A stretch of DNA of 32,000 nt, taken from Candidatus Iainarchaeum sp. (GTDB taxonomy: Archaea; Iainarchaeota; Iainarchaeia; Iainarchaeales; JACQJH01). Of this stretch, positions 14,618 to 23,018 are shown piece after piece. The notes under the pieces were generated by a model, which did no database searches, was not told the origin of the DNA, and worked only from the letters and a program-made list of their open reading frames with translations. Numbering within the stretch: the first letter of the stretch is position 1; each line of letters starts with the position of its first letter. The translations under genes were made by a program, and so were the position numbers. Location: assembly GCA_016205145.1 (NCBI GenBank), contig JACQJH010000002.1, positions 270,001 to 302,000 on the forward strand. The letters are read 5' to 3'.

Positions 14618-15595
14618 ATGGCTTTTTTGGGCGCAACTCTGTCTGGCACCGTTACAAGGTCGCCTGAAACCATCAAATCGCACAGGCTTGTGCGCGACGG
14701 GCACGCAAAATACGATGAGTTCAAGGCACGCGTTGACAAGGACGCCGAAGAAATTCTTGCCGCACAGCAAAAAGGCTTTGCCTTTGTTTCCGGCGGACAG
14801 CTCGACTGGCTCGATTTGATGAGGCCGCTGGCGCATTCCTGGACGGGGTTTGCTAAAAGGCAGAGCGAAGGCGAGGACGCCATTGGACCGGTCACTCGCT
14901 GGTTCAGGACAAACACGTTTTACAGGAAGCCGAGCGTTTCCGGAAAACTTGAATGCGGGGGCAGCGAGATTGCCGACTGGCTGCCGAAAGTTGAAGGCAA
15001 CGGCATTGTTTTTTTGCAGGGGCCTTACACGTTTTTCAGGCTCGCCGAGCACTCCCATTACAAAAGCGGGCAGGAATTTGCAGACGATTATGCCGAAGCA
15101 ATCGTGAAAAGTTCCATGGCATTGAAGGCAAAAGGCTATTCGGCGGTTTTGTTCTCCGAAAATTCCGTGGGCTACGATTTGTCGCTGAAAAGGCTTGACG
15201 AAAAACTGTGGGCAGAGGATTTCGCGGAAAAGGCGAAAAAAGGCGGATTGAAGGTCGGAGTGAACTTTCCGCTTGCCGACGCCTCCAAGGTTTTGCATCT
15301 GGCTGAAGGCACGGCATTCGATTTTGCCGGCATCGACGCTTCGTTCACTGACTTTGCGCAGGTGAAAACCTCGAAGGACATACTGCTCGGCGCGGCCGAC
15401 GGGCAGCGCATCGGCGTTGAAATGCCGGAGCACATGGCGAAGATTGCACGCGAGTTTGAAAAGTCCGCGAAGTTTTCCGGCGATTATTTCATCGGCCCCA
15501 ACGACAGGCTGTTCGACGTGCCGTTCGAGCAGGGCATTGAAAAAATAAAATCGCTTGCCGGCGCGGCAAAAATTCTTGGCAGGGGCGGAAACTGA
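14618..15595 (+). CDS. MetE N-terminal-domain-like protein (cobalamin-independent methionine synthase family, non-catalytic half)
   Basis: 325 aa with a (beta/alpha)8-like pattern, e.g. SGGQLDWLDLMRP and GVNFPLADA. No His-x-Cys / Asp-Cys-Gly zinc site was seen. It lies directly upstream of the catalytic MetE-like ORF, the split layout I recall from archaeal metE loci. Assignment rests on weak similarity plus context. Confidence 0.55.
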   Translation: MAFLGATLSGTVTRSPETIKSHRLVRDGHAKYDEFKARVDKDAEEILAAQQKGFAFVSGGQLDWLDLMRPLAHSWTGFAKRQSEGEDAIGPVTRWFRTNTFYRKPSVSGKLECGGSEIADWLPKVEGNGIVFLQGPYTFFRLAEHSHYKSGQEFADDYAEAIVKSSMALKAKGYSAVLFSENSVGYDLSLKRLDEKLWAEDFAEKAKKGGLKVGVNFPLADASKVLHLAEGTAFDFAGIDASFTDFAQVKTSKDILLGAADGQRIGVEMPEHMAKIAREFEKSAKFSGDYFIGPNDRLFDVPFEQGIEKIKSLAGAAKILGRGGN

Positions 15596-15615
15596 ACAAT
15601 TGGTTTGGGTTGTTT

Positions 15616-16791
15616 ATGGCAAAGTCTTTCATAACGCAGGAAATCGGAAGCATCCAGCGCCCGATCTGGCGGCAGGAGCTTAACGCGAAGGCAAATCCGG
15701 CTTGGATAAAGGATGCGCTTTCATGGGGCCAAAGGCTGGGCGTCGAAAACGAAATTGTTGAAGAGTTGGAAACGCTTTTGTCAAAGGACGGCAAGGAGAG
15801 AAGCGGGGAAGAGAAGAAGCGCATTGTCGACATTTCAAGCATTTTTGTGATTCGCATGCAGGAGAAGGCCGGGCTGGACAGGGTTTTCAACGGCGAACAG
15901 CCGCGCACGGAAATGTACGACATGCTCGCACGCAAGATTCCCAACATTGAAAAGGCGGGTTTTGTGAATTCATTTGACGCGAATTATTTCAGGAAAGGCA
16001 TTCTTGCCGGTGAACTCGAACTCGAGAAGGATGCCGTGCAGTGGTTTGTCGAAGAATTCGATTTTGTGAAAAAAAACACCGGCAGGATTGTCAAGCCATG
16101 CATTACCGGCGCTTACACAATGACGGACTGGAGTTACGTTGAATTCTTCCAGAAAAAGCACGAGAAAGCGGGGAAAAGCAGGACGGAAGCCTACATGGCG
16201 GGAAGGCGCGAAGCCATTCTTGCATTTGCGGAGCACGTGATCAGGCCTGTCGTTGATGCGCTGGTTGAAGCCGGCGCGGAAGTCGTGCAGATCGACGAGC
16301 CTGCCGCCGCGACAAACGAGCAGGAGTCAAGGGTTTTCACGGAATCCATAAACTCCTCTTTCGCCAACGCGCCGAAAAGCGTTGAAAAGGCCGTGCACCT
16401 GTGTTACAGCAATTATTCCGTGCTGTTCCCGGAGCTGTCCGAATCGGTTGCTGATTCCTACCAGATCGAATTCACGAACCACGCTTCGCCGGGAAAATTC
16501 GGCGCGAAAAGCGTGAACCCTGAAGCGTTCAAGGCAATCGAATTATTCAAGCAATACAAAATGCCCATCAGCGTCGGCGTGGGCGTAGTCGACATCCACT
16601 CTGACGTAATTGAATCGCCCCAGCTTGTCAAGGACCGCGTCCTGCTCGCTTCCGAGCTTCTGGGCGGACCGGAAAAAGTGCAGGTCAACCCTGACTGCGG
16701 CCTGAGGACGAGGACTTGGGAAGTTGCGTTCAAAAAACTGCAGAACATGGTCGAAGGCACGGCTCTTGCGAAAAAAGAACTCGGCATATGA
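15616..16791 (+). CDS. metE: Cobalamin-independent methionine synthase, catalytic (Meth_synt_2) domain protein
   Basis: Zinc-site motifs are present: AVHLCYSNY (His-x-Cys) and VQVNPDCGLRTRTW (compare E. coli MetE NPDCGLKTR). Also IQRPIW and VVQIDEPA. The track ORF starts at TTG 15610; the ATG at 15616 (MAKSFITQEIG) is preferred. Confidence 0.85.
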   Translation: MAKSFITQEIGSIQRPIWRQELNAKANPAWIKDALSWGQRLGVENEIVEELETLLSKDGKERSGEEKKRIVDISSIFVIRMQEKAGLDRVFNGEQPRTEMYDMLARKIPNIEKAGFVNSFDANYFRKGILAGELELEKDAVQWFVEEFDFVKKNTGRIVKPCITGAYTMTDWSYVEFFQKKHEKAGKSRTEAYMAGRREAILAFAEHVIRPVVDALVEAGAEVVQIDEPAAATNEQESRVFTESINSSFANAPKSVEKAVHLCYSNYSVLFPELSESVADSYQIEFTNHASPGKFGAKSVNPEAFKAIELFKQYKMPISVGVGVVDIHSDVIESPQLVKDRVLLASELLGGPEKVQVNPDCGLRTRTWEVAFKKLQNMVEGTALAKKELGI

Positions 16792-16909
16792 ACTTTTTCC
16801 GCATGAAAAAAATCCGAAAACCGCATCAAAACTAATTTAAATGCGGGGCCACTTATTTCATTCAACAGGAACCGGTTTCTTCCGATTTTTTTGCTGGAAG
16901 TGGAAAAGC

Positions 16910-17647
16910 ATGCAGCACGCGCAGGCAATCATCAAGGCCGAGAACGTTTCAAAGGTCTACGACATGGGCCGCCAGGTGCAGGTTGCCGCGTTGAAGAAAA
17001 TAAACCTTGAAATCGGAAAAGGCGAATTCGTTTCAATCATCGGCCAAAGCGGCTCGGGCAAGACGACACTGCTTGACATCCTGAGCGCATTGCTCCGACC
17101 GACGCATGGCGAGGTTTACATCAACGGGAAGCCAATTTCAAAAATGAGCGATTCCGAGCTGGCCGTGGTGAGGGGCAAAACCATCGGATTCATTTTCCAG
17201 AGCTTCAACCTCATTTCAAGGATGTCGGCGCTGGAAAACGTCATGCTGCCATTGTGGTTCCAGGGCGTTCCGGCGCAGGGGCGAAAGGAGATTGCCACAA
17301 AAATCCTGCAGGACGTGGGCTTGGGCGACAGGATGGACCACAAGCCCAACGAGCTTTCCGGCGGGCAGAAGCAGAGGGTTGCCATTGCACGCGCGCTTGC
17401 AGTCGACCCGGACATAATCGTGGCGGACGAGCCGACCGGCAACCTTGACTCCAAATCCGGCGCGACAATACTCCAACTCATCGAAAACCTCAACCGTGAC
17501 AGGGGCAAAACCATTTTGATTGTTACGCATGAAAGATATGTTGCCGAAAGGGCGCAAAAAATAATAAACATCAAAGACGGTGAAATTATAAGCACCGAAA
17601 TCAATGATTCAGAGAATTCCAGATCCGTTAGGAGGGACTACAAGTGA
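16910..17647 (+). CDS. ABC transporter ATP-binding protein (MacB/LolD-type)
   Basis: Walker [13 protein letters not shown]-loop FIFQSFNL, signature [15 protein letters not shown], Walker [14 protein letters not shown] and H-loop VTHE are all present. The track ORF begins at 16841, but the conserved N-terminus ([17 protein letters not shown]) starts at the ATG at 16910. Confidence 0.9.
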   Translation: MQHAQAIIKAENVSKVYDMGRQVQVAALKKINLEIGKGEFVSIIGQSGSGKTTLLDILSALLRPTHGEVYINGKPISKMSDSELAVVRGKTIGFIFQSFNLISRMSALENVMLPLWFQGVPAQGRKEIATKILQDVGLGDRMDHKPNELSGGQKQRVAIARALAVDPDIIVADEPTGNLDSKSGATILQLIENLNRDRGKTILIVTHERYVAERAQKIINIKDGEIISTEINDSENSRSVRRDYK

Positions 17648-18882
17648 ACAAAAAATTCGGTTTTGCGGCATTCATGGCATTTTTGGTCCTGTTCTGCCTG
17701 CCGGCCTTTGCAGCCAACCTTGAGGTTTCATCCGTAAGCTACAACCCATCGCCCGCCATTCCTGGGCAAAGCCTCAACCTGTTTGTGAACGTCACAAACA
17801 AGTCAACCTCCACCGCGGGCGTGGCGTTCTTCAACCTGAAGCTCAAATCCGACCAGTCCGAAACCACGTTCCCGTTCACCCTCGACCCGACCGACACTAC
17901 AAGGCGCGACCTCGGCGACATTCCTCCGGGAAAAACCGCGCTCGTGAAATTCAAGATCCTGCTCGACCCGTCGGCAACAGACGGCACCTTTGACATATTC
18001 TTCGAGCTTGGCAGCGAGGGAAAAACCGAGAAGATAACGCCGTACAGCATTTCCGTGCTCAGCAGGAAACCCATAATAAAAATCGTTTCAGCCTCGCCTG
18101 ACTCCGCGGAAATCGGGAAATCGTCAACGCTTGAGATTGTCGTCAGGAACATCGGCAGCAGCCGCGCCATAAACCTTTCAGTCGGCCTTGACGAGGAAAG
18201 GACCGTAACTTCCACCGGCGTTGTCGTTGAAAGGAACGTCGTGCCCCTGGGCGCCGGCTCGGTTTACATTCCCCAGCTGAACGCGAACGAAAGCGCTCCG
18301 GTTTCACTGCCGTTCATAATCAATCCGGGCGCGCAGGCCAACGCATATTACATTCCGATCAACGTGGAATTCTTCGACGAAAACAAGTCCAAGTATTCGG
18401 AAAAGGAATACGTGGGCATCAAGGCTTCAAACGAGCCGGAAATAGGGGCGACGCTCTCGGAATCAGAGCCCCTGCCTGTGCCGGGCGGAAAAACAAAACT
18501 GAGCCTTGAACTCTACAACGTCGGCATTGGTTCCGCGCAATTCCTCACTGTCAGGGTCGACTCTAATGACATGTTCCTTTCACAGAAGGAATTCTTCATC
18601 GGAACCCTTGAATCGGACGACTTCGACTCGGTCGCAATTGACACCATCGTGAACAAGGACTCTGCCACTGGCGAAAAGGATCTTCTGCTGACGTTCTCGT
18701 ACAAGAACGGTTTCGGGGAAGAAGTGTCGGTGGAAAAAAAGGTTCCGTTCAAGATTTATTCTGCTGCGGAAATAGCCGCGCAGAACCCCGCACAGACGCC
18801 ATGGCTTTTGTACATGGGCATAATCGTTGCTGCCGGCATTGCCTACTGGTGGTTCAAAAAGCGCGGGAAGAAAGCGCTGTAA
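17644..18882 (+). CDS. Secreted CARDB/S-layer-domain-like (COG1361-like) surface protein with C-terminal TM anchor
   Basis: The GTG start overlaps the ABC stop (GTGA at 17644-17647). Signal peptide: [23 protein letters not shown]. There are repeated beta-rich modules of the CARDB type (LEVSSVSYNPSPAIPGQSLNLFVNVTNKSTSTAG; IVSASPDSAEIGKSSTLEIVVRNIGSSRA; LELYNVGIGSAQ). C-terminal anchor: WLLYMGIIVAAGIAYWWFKKRGKK. Confidence 0.75.
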   Translation: MNKKFGFAAFMAFLVLFCLPAFAANLEVSSVSYNPSPAIPGQSLNLFVNVTNKSTSTAGVAFFNLKLKSDQSETTFPFTLDPTDTTRRDLGDIPPGKTALVKFKILLDPSATDGTFDIFFELGSEGKTEKITPYSISVLSRKPIIKIVSASPDSAEIGKSSTLEIVVRNIGSSRAINLSVGLDEERTVTSTGVVVERNVVPLGAGSVYIPQLNANESAPVSLPFIINPGAQANAYYIPINVEFFDENKSKYSEKEYVGIKASNEPEIGATLSESEPLPVPGGKTKLSLELYNVGIGSAQFLTVRVDSNDMFLSQKEFFIGTLESDDFDSVAIDTIVNKDSATGEKDLLLTFSYKNGFGEEVSVEKKVPFKIYSAAEIAAQNPAQTPWLLYMGIIVAAGIAYWWFKKRGKKAL

Positions 18883-18905
18883 TTGAGTTGCGTTGAATTG
18901 TGCTT

Positions 18906-18930
18906 TTTGCCCGTTGTTTTTTCGGGCAAA
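18906..18930 (+). terminator. Perfect 8-bp hairpin (TTTGCCCG / CGGGCAAA) with T-rich loop, followed by two T7 runs
   Basis: Stem 18906-18913 / 18923-18930, loop TTGTTTTTT. Oligo-T runs follow at about 18962-18968 and 18976-18982. The element lies 24 nt after the stop of the CARDB-like gene. Archaeal termination typically uses oligo-T. Confidence 0.5.
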
Positions 18931-18993
18931 AGCCAAAAACCCGGATTGCATTCAGCTTGAATTTTTTTCAAACCTGTTTTTTTCAGGGATGAC

Positions 18994-20379
18994 ATGCCGC
19001 TCTCCGACCTAGAAATTGTGAAGCAAGCAGAGAAAAGGAAAAGCGATTCGCTCAGGAACTCCATAGTCGACGGAATGGCTTTCTCCGTGATGGTGGGCTT
19101 CGGCGAATCGCTCGCAGTTCCATTCGCGCTGGCATTGCATGCAAACGCCTTCCAGGTCGGATTGCTCACGGCATTGCCCCTGCTGCTTGGGGCAGTCGTC
19201 CAGCTTGCGGGCGCAAAAATTCTTGGCATCACGAAAAACAGGCAGAAGATAATCCTGCCGTTCGTGTTCCTGCAGGCAGTCATGTGGGCGTTCATTGCAC
19301 TGGTGCCCTTTGTTTTCAGGGAAAACGCTGTCTGGATCCTGATAGCATTCTACTGCATTTACATAATGTTCGGCCAGGTTGTCAGCCCCGCGTGGAACAG
19401 CCTCATGGCGGATTTGGTTTCGCCAAAGGAAAGGGGCGCATACTTCGGCAGGCGGAACGCCATGACCGGCCTCACTGCTTTGAGTGCGACTCTCGCGGCA
19501 GGCTATTTCCTCAACCTGTACTCGAAGGAAGCGCTCATGTTCGGCTTCGCGTCAATGTTTTTCATAGCCATGGCTTACAGGTTCATTTCGCTCGCATACC
19601 TCAAAAAAATGCACGAACCCGAATACATCTGGGACGAGGAAAAAGGCGACGGCTTAGGCCATTTCATCAAAACCGCGCGAAAAAGCAATTTCGGGTTGTT
19701 CGTATTGTTCATGGGGTTCATGAACTTCTCGGTTTTCCTTTCCGCGCCATACTTCACGCCTTACATGCTCGGCGCCCTGCGCTTCGACTACCTGACCTTC
19801 ACGATAGTGAACTCGGCCGCGGCACTTGCGACAATCCTTGCAATGCGCAGGTGGGGCCTGACAGGCGACACTTTCGGCAACAGGAGAATAATCGCCATTA
19901 CGGCATTTCTCATTTCAATCGTGCCCGTGCTCTGGCTGTTCTCCTCAAACCCCCTTTACCTGATTGCCGCGCAGTTGTTTTCAGGCCTCGTCTGGGCCGG
20001 ATTCACTTTGGCTGCGGCAAACTTTTTGTACGATTCGGTCGAACCCGGAAAAATAGCGAAATACTTCGCGTACCAGAACATCGTGATTGGCGTCATGGCG
20101 GTGCTCGGCGCGCTCGCAGGCAGCTACATCCTCGACCATGCAACCCAGAAAATCTGGCCTTCAAACTATTTGTTCGTTTTCCTGGTTTCAACCATGCTGA
20201 GGCTTGCGGCCGCCGGCGTTTTCGTCACAAGGATAAAGGAAGTGCGCAAAGTCCAGCTTGTCTCGAAAAGGCAGCTGTTCTTCAAATTCGTGACAATCAG
20301 GCCGCCATACGGCCTGGTGCACGAAGCAGCAATCATAGGAAAAAAAATCTCCGGCCTGAAAAGCAGGATGAAAATCTGA
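18994..20379 (+). CDS. MFS transporter
   Basis: 461 aa with ~12 TM segments. MFS loop motif between TM2/3-like segments: PKERGAYFGRRNAMTGL. The N-terminal region SLRNSIVDGMAFSVMVGFGESLAVPFALAL is typical of a widespread MFS_1 subfamily. Confidence 0.8.
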   Translation: MPLSDLEIVKQAEKRKSDSLRNSIVDGMAFSVMVGFGESLAVPFALALHANAFQVGLLTALPLLLGAVVQLAGAKILGITKNRQKIILPFVFLQAVMWAFIALVPFVFRENAVWILIAFYCIYIMFGQVVSPAWNSLMADLVSPKERGAYFGRRNAMTGLTALSATLAAGYFLNLYSKEALMFGFASMFFIAMAYRFISLAYLKKMHEPEYIWDEEKGDGLGHFIKTARKSNFGLFVLFMGFMNFSVFLSAPYFTPYMLGALRFDYLTFTIVNSAAALATILAMRRWGLTGDTFGNRRIIAITAFLISIVPVLWLFSSNPLYLIAAQLFSGLVWAGFTLAAANFLYDSVEPGKIAKYFAYQNIVIGVMAVLGALAGSYILDHATQKIWPSNYLFVFLVSTMLRLAAAGVFVTRIKEVRKVQLVSKRQLFFKFVTIRPPYGLVHEAAIIGKKISGLKSRMKI

Positions 20380-20504
20380 CAGCCTAAACCGGCGTTCAGA
20401 TGGCCAAGCCAGTAAAAAGCCAGCCAACATAATACTCTACTTTTTCACTACAAAAAGCATCGTCTTAAATATTGTTTCTGGCACGCTTATTGCAGTGGTT
20501 TCCG

Positions 20505-20789
20505 GTGGAAGTATTCTGGACACGGCATGCACGGGAAAGATTCATAGAGCGGGCATTGCTCCATGGGTTCACAAGAGCCGAAATTGAAATGGTAATCAAA
20601 AAGCAACTGGTGCGATTAAACAAAGGTTTTGACGAAAAATACATGAAAAACAAGTTTGAAACTGTGGGAGTTGTGGCAGGCAAATTTTTCACTATTGAAA
20701 AAGCCGAGGACAAAAAGCGAATAATAGTAATAACTTTGTGGGAGTCAAGCAAAAAGGAGGTTGAATTATGGTTTTCAAAGCAAAAATAA
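20505..20789 (+). CDS. DUF4258-like small protein (putative toxin of a toxin-antitoxin pair)
   Basis: Track ORF 20472..20789 (TTG); the GTG at 20505 gives VEVFWTRHARERFIERALLHGFTRAEIEMVI...KRIIVITLWESS. This matches the DUF4258 pattern as I recall it: F-T-x-H-A-x-x-R-x-x-x-R near the N-terminus and an hydrophobic-ViT-x-y/w strand near the C-terminus. It is AT-rich and overlaps the downstream ORF by 22 nt. Confidence 0.6.
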   Translation: MEVFWTRHARERFIERALLHGFTRAEIEMVIKKQLVRLNKGFDEKYMKNKFETVGVVAGKFFTIEKAEDKKRIIVITLWESSKKEVELWFSKQK

Positions 20790-21106
20790 AATGCCCGATA
20801 TGCGAAGGGCACGCCAAGCTGTCAAAGTCAAGCGTTGAATTGTTCGGGGGCGCAATCAGCATCAAAGACAGCCCCATATATGAATGCCAAAAATGCGGGG
20901 AGCAATTCGGGACAGGAAACATGGTTGACAAAACTCTTGAAGAAGCAAGAAAACAGTTCGGCTTCAGCAGGCAAATAGTCTCAACCGGCGGCTCGCTGGC
21001 GATAACAATCCCGCCCGATTTGGCAAAATTCTACAAACTGCGCAAAGGCGAAAAAATAGAGCTTGTGCCGGCAGGCGAAAAAATGTTGAAAGTCAAAATC
21101 TGTTAA
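20768..21106 (+). CDS. YgiT/MqsA-type zinc-finger fused to AbrB/MazE/SpoVT-like swapped-hairpin domain (putative antitoxin)
   Basis: Strong Shine-Dalgarno GGAGGT at 20756-20761, 6 nt before the ATG. N-terminus: KCPICEGH...(x27)...CQKCGEQF, a CxxC...CxxC arrangement like the YgiT zinc finger. C-terminus: SRQIVSTGGSLAITIPPDLAKFYKLRKGEKIELVPAGEKMLKVKI, which is AbrB/SpoVT-like. Confidence 0.7.
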   Translation: MVFKAKIKCPICEGHAKLSKSSVELFGGAISIKDSPIYECQKCGEQFGTGNMVDKTLEEARKQFGFSRQIVSTGGSLAITIPPDLAKFYKLRKGEKIELVPAGEKMLKVKIC

Positions 21107-21161
21107 AAACATGATGAAATTGCGGCTTACCGGGAAGGCCGCCAAAGCTTTTTAAACATTT

Positions 21162-21198
21162 ATATCCATCAATCTTGTCAGGCTTTTTTGATGGATAT
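21162..21198. promoter_or_regulatory. Perfect 11-bp inverted repeat (ATATCCATCAA N15 TTGATGGATAT) overlapping a TATA-like box upstream of the thermosome gene
   Basis: Arms at 21162-21172 and 21188-21198. The left arm overlaps TTTAAACATTTATAT (21150-21165). A second GC hairpin (CGCGC AAAAGG GCGCG, ~21200-21216) follows. The thermosome ATG is at 21291 with a GGAGGT SD at 21277-21282. Confidence 0.4.
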
Positions 21199-21290
21199 GC
21201 GCGCAAAAGGGCGCGTGAAATGGTCGGATTTTGAATCTTAAAAACTTGGGTTAAAAGCCAGGGTTTTGGTTTTTTTGGAGGTAATGGATT

Positions 21291-22931
21291 ATGGCTGAAA
21301 ACCAGCAGCAACCGGTAATGTTCCTGTCAGAGGGAACGAGGAGAACGCGCGGAAGGGACGCGCAGCGCATAAACATTCTCATCGGCAAGGCAGTCGCTAA
21401 CGCAGTGAAAAGCACTCTCGGCCCCAAGGGAATGGACAAGATGATTGTCGACGAACTTGGTGACGTGACGATTTCAAACGACGGCGCGACTATCCTGACG
21501 GAAATGAGCTTGGACCACCCGATTGGAAAAATGATGGTTGAAGTTGCCAAGACCCAGGACGACGAGGTCGGCGATGGCACCACGACAGCGGTCATTCTGG
21601 CCGGCGGCCTGCTCGCAAAAGCCGAAGAGCTTCTGGATGATGAAATCCATCCAAGCATCATAATCAAGGGTTACAGGGAAGCCTCGAAAAAGGCGATTGA
21701 AGTCGTCAGGGAATTAGGCGAACCCGTTTCGTTTGATGACATGAGGGTGCTGAAAAACATTGCGCGCACTTCCATGACGGGCAAGAGCGCGGAAAGCGAG
21801 GAAACCCTCTCCGACTTGGTGGTTGAGGCGATAAAGCTTGTCGCGGACAAGGATGCGGACGGCAAAACAACGATTGACATCGACAACATCAAGGTTGAAA
21901 AGAAGGAAGGCGCTTCGATTGCCGACAGCCAGCTCATCAGGGGCATTGTAGTCGACAAGGAAGTCGTGCATTCCGGAATGCCGAAAAGCGTGAAAGGCGC
22001 GAAAATCGCATTGGTCGACGTTGCACTGGAAATAAAGGAAACCGAAACCGACGCGAAAATCGAAATCACTTCGCCCGACCAATTGCAGGCGTTCTTGGAC
22101 CAGGAAGAGGGAATGCTGCGCAAGATGGTTGACAGGATTGCAGAGTCAGGCGCAAACATCGTCGTCTGCCAGAAGGGCATCGACGATCTGGCACAGCATT
22201 TCCTTGCAAAAAAAGGCATTCTTGCAGTGCGCCGCGTCAAACAGTCCGACATGACGGCGCTGTCAAGGGCGACCGGAGCGAAAGTCGTTTCAAGGCTCCA
22301 GGACATTTCAAAGGACGACCTCGGAAAAGCCGAAACGGTTTACGAAAAGAAAATCGCGGGCGACAACATGGTCTTCATCGAAGGCTGCAAGAACCCGAAA
22401 GCAGTTTCGCTCATCATAAGGGGCGGCACCGAGCACGTCATAGACGAAATCGAAAGGGCCGTGCACGACGCTTTGATGTCGACCGCAACGGCCGTCAGGG
22501 ACGGCAAAATTGTCGTTGGCGGCGGCGCGGTTGAAGCCGAAATCGCATTCAAACTACGCGATTATGCTAAGACCATCGGCGGCAGGGAACAGCTTGCAAT
22601 CGAGGCATTCGCTGAAACCCTCGAGGAGATTCCGAGAACCTTGGCGGAGACGGCCGGCATGAATCCGTTGGACACGCTTGTCAGTTTGCGCTCCGAGCAC
22701 GGCTCTAAAGGCGGAAAATACATCGGCGTGAACGTGTTCACGGGAAAGCTCTCCGACATGAAAAAGGCCAACGTCATAGAGCCCTTGTCCGTGAAAGTGC
22801 AGGCAATCAGCTCGGCAACGGAAGTTGCGGAAATGATCCTGCGCATCGACGACATCATAGCGGGCAGCAGCAAGAATTCCGCTCCGCCAATGCCTGGCGG
22901 CATGGGCGGAATGCCGGGCATGGAAATGTGA
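21291..22931 (+). CDS. ths: Thermosome subunit (group II chaperonin, Cpn60/TCP-1 family)
   Basis: 546 aa. Motifs: [16 protein letters not shown]-binding [21 protein letters not shown], and the characteristic C-terminal [11 protein letters not shown] tail. SD GGAGGT lies 8 nt upstream. Confidence 0.97.
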   Translation: MAENQQQPVMFLSEGTRRTRGRDAQRINILIGKAVANAVKSTLGPKGMDKMIVDELGDVTISNDGATILTEMSLDHPIGKMMVEVAKTQDDEVGDGTTTAVILAGGLLAKAEELLDDEIHPSIIIKGYREASKKAIEVVRELGEPVSFDDMRVLKNIARTSMTGKSAESEETLSDLVVEAIKLVADKDADGKTTIDIDNIKVEKKEGASIADSQLIRGIVVDKEVVHSGMPKSVKGAKIALVDVALEIKETETDAKIEITSPDQLQAFLDQEEGMLRKMVDRIAESGANIVVCQKGIDDLAQHFLAKKGILAVRRVKQSDMTALSRATGAKVVSRLQDISKDDLGKAETVYEKKIAGDNMVFIEGCKNPKAVSLIIRGGTEHVIDEIERAVHDALMSTATAVRDGKIVVGGGAVEAEIAFKLRDYAKTIGGREQLAIEAFAETLEEIPRTLAETAGMNPLDTLVSLRSEHGSKGGKYIGVNVFTGKLSDMKKANVIEPLSVKVQAISSATEVAEMILRIDDIIAGSSKNSAPPMPGGMGGMPGMEM

Positions 22932-22939
22932 AAACCACA

Positions 22940-22961
22940 TTTCCTTTCTTTTTCTTTTTTT
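22940..22961 (+). terminator. Pyrimidine/T-rich tract after the thermosome gene
   Basis: TTTCCTTTCTTTTTCTTTTTTT begins 9 nt after the stop codon. Oligo-T tracts are the usual archaeal termination signal. Confidence 0.5.
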
Positions 22962-22987
22962 ACAGGCGCGGCAAATCCCCAACAACC

Positions 22988-22997
22988 TTTATATATT
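22988..22997 (+). promoter_or_regulatory. TATA box (TTTATATATT) for the 23019 gene
   Basis: Its centre is ~26 nt upstream of the ATG at 23019, a leaderless-type spacing. Confidence 0.5.
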
Positions 22998-23018
22998 ACA
23001 AAAAACTAATTAGCAATC

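Noticed and set aside
16841-16909. N-terminal 23-codon extension of the ABC ATPase ORF (MRGHLFHSTGTGFFRFFCWKWKS)
   Set aside because: The extension begins inside a TATA-like element and is not part of the conserved ABC N-terminus. The ATG at 16910 gives the canonical start.
19284-20387. 367-aa ORF on the plus strand overlapping the MFS transporter gene in another frame
   Set aside because: The product is extremely Arg/His/Pro-rich with no membrane or globular pattern. The overlapping frame gives a textbook 12-TM MFS protein. This is an alternative-frame artefact of GC-rich coding DNA.
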